The position numbers were made by a program, and so were the translations under genes. A model generated the notes under the pieces. That model ran no database searches, had not been told where the DNA came from, and worked only from the letters and a program-made list of their open reading frames with translations. DNA of 64,000 nt, from assembly GCA_963695545.1 (NCBI GenBank), contig OY968796.1:864001-928000 (forward strand). Reading direction: 5' to 3'. The DNA is from Terriglobia bacterium (GTDB lineage Bacteria > Acidobacteriota > Terriglobia > Acidiferrales > UBA7541). Shown one piece after another: positions 56,801 through 64,000 of this stretch; the stretch's first letter is position 1, and each line of letters opens with the position of its first letter.

Positions 56801-57592
56801 GATCGTTACGTTGATGGCCGCGCCGCCCGCCATGCCTTGCTCGGCGTCGAATGCATCGGTGACGACGTTTACGGTCTCAATCGAATCCGGAGGCGGCACA
56901 TACGCCACGTTCGCCGGTAGGTAGTTGTAAACATCGGTCATGCCGTCGATCCTCATGGTATTGCCCTGGTCGGACTGACCGTTGACGTAAGAAGTCATCG
57001 CGCGCTGTGGATTCGCTCCGGCAGAATTTTGTTCTGTCGGCGTGCTGAAACCAGGGATGACCTTGTACAAAATCTGGAAATTTCGTCCTTGCGAAGAGTT
57101 CAACGGCAGGTTGGACAACTCCGTCGTATTCAAGTCCGTGTGAACGTCGGCCCGATCCGCCTGGAGCACGGGAGCCGTCGCGGTAACGGTGACGGTATCG
57201 GTCGTTCCGGACACCGCCAGCACCGTGTCTGCCCGGACCACGTTGTTGGCTTCGACTCTTAGCCCGTTCTCAACCGAAGTTCCAAAGCCGGTGGCCGTGA
57301 TCGTCAATTTGTACACGCCCGGCGTGAGGTCTGTGAACTCAAAAACGCCGTGGTCATCAGTCTTGGTGTCAGTTGCAAGTCCAGTGCCGGAATTCGTCGT
57401 CTCGACCGAGGCATTCGCCACAACGGCGCCGGTTTGGTCAGTTACGTTCCCCGTGAGGTCACCGTACAGCACTTGCGCTGAGCCCGTATTGACACACACC
57501 ATCAGAATCGCCATCAAGAAACCTGCCGCAATTCCCAAGGGCAGTTTTCTTCCCCATCCAAACGAGGTATATCCGTGAAGTTTTCTCAACAT
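53861..57592 (-). CDS. TonB-dependent receptor, Oar-type with carboxypeptidase-regulatory-like N-terminal domain
   Basis: GNVTDQTGAVV, KSGTNQFHG, GGPIKRNKLFFF, QDQW-like RDQWQV, FAPRFGLAY, C-terminal Phe (KFVF). Confidence 0.92.
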   Translation of the reverse strand: MLRKLHGYTSFGWGRKLPLGIAAGFLMAILMVCVNTGSAQVLYGDLTGNVTDQTGAVVANASVETTNSGTGLATDTKTDDHGVFEFTDLTPGVYKLTITATGFGTSVENGLRVEANNVVRADTVLAVSGTTDTVTVTATAPVLQADRADVHTDLNTTELSNLPLNSSQGRNFQILYKVIPGFSTPTEQNSAGANPQRAMTSYVNGQSDQGNTMRIDGMTDVYNYLPANVAYVPPPDSIETVNVVTDAFDAEQGMAGGAAINVTIKSGTNQFHGGAFYSHNDQHMTALPYFTQVNEYSGPNCVPSVSIVGCGDIKKNINNQIAANVGGPIKRNKLFFFGDYERTVQRQNASLLQEVPGLCLFPAPYGISSASCTAATGSSSATGVTFPAATPIYEPWTGIANGTGRTQFPGNTIPNMDINPAVLDYLKYLSVPAGLDFQQFTLGGGNNYENDADGNYTRNDIDTKFTYLPNSRSTLFGRYSESGSDILDPPDLGVAGGGATNGGQQGNAAGRIQVVGLGGTYAFSPAVILDGNFGYTRQRLSALNLDLGTNYGQQFGIPNTNGTTSLEGGFPSFFTNNGIFSQAGGAGDPTSSNPFLFRDNQYVSDVNLSWQRHTHALRFGFERVHWALNHFQPQGSFGPRGAFTFNGDLTSQGGTTSNAFNTWADFLLGLPNSQGKTGEEFDPNTERESVWSLYARDQWQVNQKLTITYGIRWEYYPFVTHANYEGSPFGVPLFNPATGQIAIGGMGSTPLLDGVKTTPQFAPRFGLAYRLTPKTVIRAGYGMSIDPSNFRDIRDVFPSDVSENQIAGNNYSPSGVLSLPAAGSPIVCTTTCTIGVYTGVPVGLPVPLVGPNISSGSITLPNTDTTFTFPQNYNRGYIESFNLTVQRELGAGFNWNVAYVRTLGIRLQADLALNYSEPGAGTSGTAEAENALLPNLFGPGATNWGAITIQGPYGTASYNALQTQLSHRIGNGGFFAINYAYSKAINNINGDNDDGSFLFPQPNYFSRNRADAGFDQTNNLEIVGVEPSPFGKNGHWMRHGAASAILGGWQLNEVLTKTSGMPFTVTGASNTLNAAASTQLANQILPNVAIYGNIGSTPNGPPCVSGSPSCTYFNTAAFAQVAVCGASTALPSPYCFPAATMTNPTPGAFGNSGRDEFRGPGIFNLDMSVSRAFPIREQMSLLLELQAFSLTNTPHFANPNSSCCTSNNGTFGEITSTLGSSGSNASAVSSGARQVWVSAKFVF

Positions 57593-57914
57593 GGAGCCCC
57601 CTAGTCGAAAGTTCGGACCACACCCGCGATGGGAGCCCATGTAGCATGAGTTCAAGCGGCCGAAGAAGTTAGACAACCGTTAAATAACGTTAAGAATTCG
57701 GAGAACGAGGGGTGAGTAAGGTGAGCGGTACCGCACAAGATGAGGAATTCACGCTAATGCGTGGCCCTGATCGTGAGGATCGCGCGACTCGTCGAGGCAC
57801 GAATAAAATCCGGTCCCGGCGAAAACCTCCGGGCAATCTGGTCTCCAAATTTGAGTTATACTCCCCCCACTGCGAGCGATTCGGATCGGGGCGGCACGCT
57901 TTTCGGGGTGGGTT

Positions 57915-59507
57915 GTGGAATCCACGATTAACAAATTCGAAGCCGAACGCGCCGAATTGGACTCCGTCCTCAGTTCGGAGACATTTGGTCGGGCCGGCAA
58001 TCTGGCCAAGACCCTGAACTTTATCTGCGAGAAATATTTCGAGGGGTCGACCGAAGACGTTAGGGAATACGACATCGCGGTTCACGCCCTGGGTCGCTCC
58101 AAGGATTTCGATCCTCAAATCGACACAGTCGTCCGAGTGACGGTACACTTTCTTCGAAAGCGTCTGGAACAATATTATCGGACCGAAGGCGCGGGGCACG
58201 AAGTTCAGATCCACGTCCGCACCGGCCGCTATTCCCCTAGATTCGTCCGCAAGGCCGATCGGGAGACCCAAAAACTCGAGCTCGGGTTACGAGAGCCTAG
58301 TGAGGCCGAGGCAATCCCTTCGGTTTCCTCTGCAGCTTCCGAATTTCAGCGGGCAACTTTGGGCGACGAAGCGTCAGAGCCCGCCGCAAACCCAAGCAAA
58401 GAAAATTTGGGATCAGCCGTTCTTGAGCCGGCCGCCGAGAAATGGCGTCGCAGCGGAATCTGGAGGTTTGTCGCCGTAATCCTCGTATCTCTTTGCGTCA
58501 TCGCCGCCGCAACGTCCTACACGCGCATCCATGCTCGAAAAAGCAGTATCCCCGTCCGATCCGAAGCCCCGCTTCCATTGCCCACCGATGCCTCCGGAGA
58601 CACCGTCCGCGCACTCGTCGGAGAAGGCCGCGCAGCCTACATAGATGGCGCCGGACGAACCTGGACTAGCGACACCGCCTGCTCAGGAGGAAGTACTGTT
58701 TCGGTCCCGTATCGCGCAATTGGGGGTACGCAGGACCCGCAGATCTTTCTCGGGGAGCGCCTCGGTCTGTTCCAGTGCGCATACCCCGTATCGACGGGAA
58801 CTTACGAAGTACACCTTTTGTTTTCCGAAACTTCAAACCTTGAGGAAAGCGCACGCATCGTTGCTCTCTCGGTGAACCGCGGTCCATCGACTCGCTTGGA
58901 TGTAGTGTTCGATACTGGCGGCGATAACATCGAGACGGAGAAGATTCTGACGGACGTTCACCCCGACCAGGACGGCAAGATTCACATCGATTCCACATCA
59001 GTCGATTCCTACCTGAATGCCGTCGAGATTCTGCCGGGTACCGAGAATCGAATGTTGCCGCTGAGGATCTACACAGGACACACTCCGTACCGCGATTCCG
59101 GGGGCAATCTCTGGCTTCCCAATCGATACTTCTTCGGTGGACGCGTGAGCCAGTTTGAGGCGAATACGACGGGGTTGGCGGATGGTCCCCTTTACGCCAC
59201 CCCGTGGGTCGGGAATTTCCACTACGTGATACCGGTCGCGCACGGAGAAACGTACAGGGTGCGGCTCCATTTTAGAGAGTCCCTCTTCACGGCGCCGGGC
59301 AGCCGAGTTTTCGACGTGTGGTGCAACGGAACCGCGATACTTAAGGATTTCGATATTTTTCGGGAGGCTGGTTCAGAACCCATGACGCGGACCTTTTCTT
59401 ACGTAGAGCCCACGAAGCAGGACAAAATCGAGATATTTTTCGTGCCCGGGGTCAGCTACCCATTGGTGGATGCCATCGAAGTGATCCCGGAACCGGACAC
59501 GTACTGA
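57915..59507 (+). CDS. membrane-spanning regulator-like protein: cytoplasmic putative DNA-binding domain + TM + two malectin domains
   Basis: N-terminal EYDIAVHALGR..DFDPQIDTVVRV..LRKRLEQYY..EG; TM FVAVILVSLCVIAAA; two malectin-like repeats (YEVHLLFSE...LNAVEI; YRVRLHFRE...RVFDV...VDAIEV). Confidence 0.78.
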   Translation: MESTINKFEAERAELDSVLSSETFGRAGNLAKTLNFICEKYFEGSTEDVREYDIAVHALGRSKDFDPQIDTVVRVTVHFLRKRLEQYYRTEGAGHEVQIHVRTGRYSPRFVRKADRETQKLELGLREPSEAEAIPSVSSAASEFQRATLGDEASEPAANPSKENLGSAVLEPAAEKWRRSGIWRFVAVILVSLCVIAAATSYTRIHARKSSIPVRSEAPLPLPTDASGDTVRALVGEGRAAYIDGAGRTWTSDTACSGGSTVSVPYRAIGGTQDPQIFLGERLGLFQCAYPVSTGTYEVHLLFSETSNLEESARIVALSVNRGPSTRLDVVFDTGGDNIETEKILTDVHPDQDGKIHIDSTSVDSYLNAVEILPGTENRMLPLRIYTGHTPYRDSGGNLWLPNRYFFGGRVSQFEANTTGLADGPLYATPWVGNFHYVIPVAHGETYRVRLHFRESLFTAPGSRVFDVWCNGTAILKDFDIFREAGSEPMTRTFSYVEPTKQDKIEIFFVPGVSYPLVDAIEVIPEPDTY

Positions 59508-59810
59508 CATTCTCTTTCTGCAACGCGACCTCCCTAATTCACCACTCCCGGTTAGTCGGATTACCGGCCAAGTGCCCGCGACAGGTCGATCTTGCTTCAT
59601 AGTGAGCGACCCCGGGCGTACTCGGACACTATCGTCCGTCGAGCAGGCATTCAGCGATCGGGCTACTGCGGGCTACCGTTTTTCGCCACTTTTGGGGTTT
59701 CGAAGGGCTTTGCCGGACCTTGTGCGGCTTCACACGTAAAATTTGAAACGTCTTGCCAGTAAAGGAGATCCCGGCGTTTTGCCGCGTAAAATGAAACGTC
59801 CGCCGACGGT

Positions 59811-59838
59811 GGGGTTTAGCTCCCCCCCTCTCCGCCAT
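59811..59838 (+). repeat. attR-like duplicated tRNA-Ser 3' end
   Basis: GGGGTTTAGC-TCCCCCCCTCTCCGCCAT versus tRNA GGGGTTCGAA-TCCCCCCCTCTCCGCCAT. Confidence 0.8.
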
Positions 59839-60150
59839 CCAGTCTTGATTTTTCTCCAGCTGGCTTATGATTTGCGCGAAAGCAATAATTTGCCGGCCAC
59901 AGTGCGAGGAGTTGTCGCGGGCAAGCCGGCTTCTCAGAACCAATCCCGCGGCGGAACCGGGATCGCTGCCGGTCAGACGCTCATCTGGGTACAGTTGCGC
60001 AAGGTGAAGGTTGGTGGTTTCGGACGTGGTGTTACTGGGGGAAGTCGCGCCTCATGATTCCACAGCAATCTCTCGCCCGGCGCTCAGGTCGTTTCAAAAC
60101 CACGCGAGCGCAGCGGCAAGCAAACGCATAAGTCTTGATAAAATCTAACA

Positions 60151-60165
60151 TTAGACATAATCTAA
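60151..60165 (+). promoter_or_regulatory. Fur/PerR-type operator candidate
   Basis: 15-bp AT-rich inverted repeat TTAGACATAATCTAA, 7 nt before the fur/perR ATG; related TTGATAAAATCTAA at 60135-60148. Confidence 0.55.
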
Positions 60166-60172
60166 ATAAGCC

Positions 60173-60628
60173 ATGGACGCTGCGGCAATTAAACAGGCCT
60201 TCGACGGTAGCGGTTTGCGGTGCACGCCGCAGCGCTACGCTGTGATGGCATTCTTGATGGATCACAACAGCCATCCCACGGCTGCAGAAATCCTCGAAGC
60301 CGTGAATCGTGTGGACCCACGGTCTTCCAGGGCTACGACTTATAACAATCTGCGAGACCTTGTGCAGGCAGGTTTGGTGCGCGAAGTGGCCGTCGAGGGG
60401 CGCTCGGCGCGATTCGATGCGAAAGGCGTGCGGCATCACCACTTCATCTGCGACCGCTGCGATAATGTTGAGGACATAGAGTGGCGCGCCGTGCCCAGGC
60501 CCGGCTCGCGCTCGCTCGGTAAGCGGGTTCTTCGCGAATGCGAACTGATTTTCCGGGGACTCTGCACAAAGTGCGCGCTCCGCGACGCGCTTCCCGTTCG
60601 ACGCCGCAGGAGTGCGGATACCCGATGA
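60173..60628 (+). CDS. Fur-family regulator (PerR/FurA-like)
   Basis: GLRCTPQR, HPTA, SRATTYNNL, HHHFICDRC, CTKC; directly upstream of katG. Confidence 0.9.
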   Translation: MDAAAIKQAFDGSGLRCTPQRYAVMAFLMDHNSHPTAAEILEAVNRVDPRSSRATTYNNLRDLVQAGLVREVAVEGRSARFDAKGVRHHHFICDRCDNVEDIEWRAVPRPGSRSLGKRVLRECELIFRGLCTKCALRDALPVRRRRSADTR

Positions 60629-63040
<2,412 letters not shown>

Positions 63041-63141
63041 GCTCTTCGGAAGATGCGAGCTGCCGACTTGGAACTGACCCGCGTTCCTGTTGTTCGAACC
63101 TGTGTGCATGGCAGCCAAACCTGAAGCAGGCACCAAGTAAT

Positions 63142-64000
63142 CTACCTTTTTTCAGAGGGTATGATTAGCCCTGCGACCCCAGCGCTTGCCAGGGACAGGC
63201 CCGCGCAGGCCAACATTAATATTCGGAATCCAAAAACGAACGCTTGAGAAATTGAGTTGCGGATCAGCGCTGCGGTAGCGGAATCCAAATTGGAGGGCAG
63301 GTCAAGGCCGGCGAGCTTGATCGCATTGGACCGAACATACTGAAAGACGCCTGGCGGAAACCATCCGGCGGCGAGACTGCGATTCAAACTAAAACTGAAT
63401 AATTTCACCATCACGATTCCGACGAGGGCAATGGCAAGCACCGCTGCGATCCGGGCGACGGCGTTATTCGTTCCCGATGCGGCGCCAGAACGGTCCTGAT
63501 CTACGGAGCTCATGACCACTGTGGTGAGAGGAGCCACAGTGACGGCCATTCCAATACCGAGAACGACGAACGCAGGGAAGAATCCTTTCCAATAGTTGAC
63601 CCCGACACCGGGCACGGCGAAGAGAATGAAACCGGTCGCTGCGATGAGCGGCCCGACGATCAGCGGCGCTCGGGACCCGAAACGCGTGACCAGTCCGCCT
63701 GACCACCGCGAAAGAAAAAACATCAGCAGAATGAGCGGGAGTGCGGCAGCGCCGGTGCGAGTGGTCGAATATCCCTGCACCTGGATAAAGTCCATCGGAA
63801 ACAGGAAAAAGAAGATTCCAAGCGCGGCATAAAGGAATAGTGTGAGCAGGTTTGCGCCGCTGAAACTGCGGGACTCGAACAGTGTGAGCGGAACCATCGG
63901 TGAAGCCACCGTGCCCTCCACGAATGCGAATCCAAGCAGACAGGCGAAGCCGGCAACCAGGCTTCCGATAACCAGAGGTTGAGCCCAACCGAGATTTGCG
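63142..64000 (-). CDS. MFS transporter (DHA2-like), 5' part outside the window
   Basis: PMVPLTLF, FSGANLLT, APLTTVVM, ASGTNNAVAR; multiple TM segments. Confidence 0.85.
   Translation of the reverse strand, partial: ANLGWAQPLVIGSLVAGFACLLGFAFVEGTVASPMVPLTLFESRSFSGANLLTLFLYAALGIFFFLFPMDFIQVQGYSTTRTGAAALPLILLMFFLSRWSGGLVTRFGSRAPLIVGPLIAATGFILFAVPGVGVNYWKGFFPAFVVLGIGMAVTVAPLTTVVMSSVDQDRSGAASGTNNAVARIAAVLAIALVGIVMVKLFSFSLNRSLAAGWFPPGVFQYVRSNAIKLAGLDLPSNLDSATAALIRNSISQAFVFGFRILMLACAGLSLASAGVAGLIIPSEKR

Noticed and set aside
59811..59838. Second tRNA gene
   Set aside because: Only the 3' end is present, with a broken T-loop; interpreted as attR.

Overview
GC-rich bacterial DNA, probably Acidobacteriota (inferred from the Oar-type TonB-dependent receptor, the malectin-domain regulator and the palindromic repeats). 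(1) 1056-30794 is an apparently complete Wzy-dependent surface polysaccharide locus. It is transcribed leftwards from a sigma54-like promoter and encodes wza, wzc, a divergent PHP phosphatase, a priming transferase frameshifted at a T9 tract, GT4/GT2 and methyltransferase genes (two multi-domain fusions), a MurJ-type flippase, a polymerase and a ligase. It also holds a sugar-biosynthesis block: transaldolase, GHMP kinase, SIS isomerase, HAD phosphatase, a Cys-less UDP-glucose-dehydrogenase homolog, Gfo/Idh/MocA, SDR and epimerases. This family set mirrors the lincosamide C8-sugar (octose) pathway and is the top candidate for an undescribed system. (2) 30861-38632 holds methionine/cysteine metabolism, RidA, a DPP IV and a DUF4139 gene. 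(3) 38700-42700 is an ECF sigma/anti-sigma pair interleaved with four families of REP-like palindromes. (4) 42891-48481 is a Tat-exported PaoABC-like molybdo-flavoenzyme operon extended by a cytochrome b membrane subunit. (5) tRNA-Ser(GCT) is followed by an integrase-less island of about 10 kb, bounded by a duplicated tRNA 3' end, carrying a glycan-utilisation locus with a membrane-spanning malectin regulator. (6) The window ends with fur/perR-katG and a partial MFS gene. All calls come from reading motifs by eye; no database searches were run.
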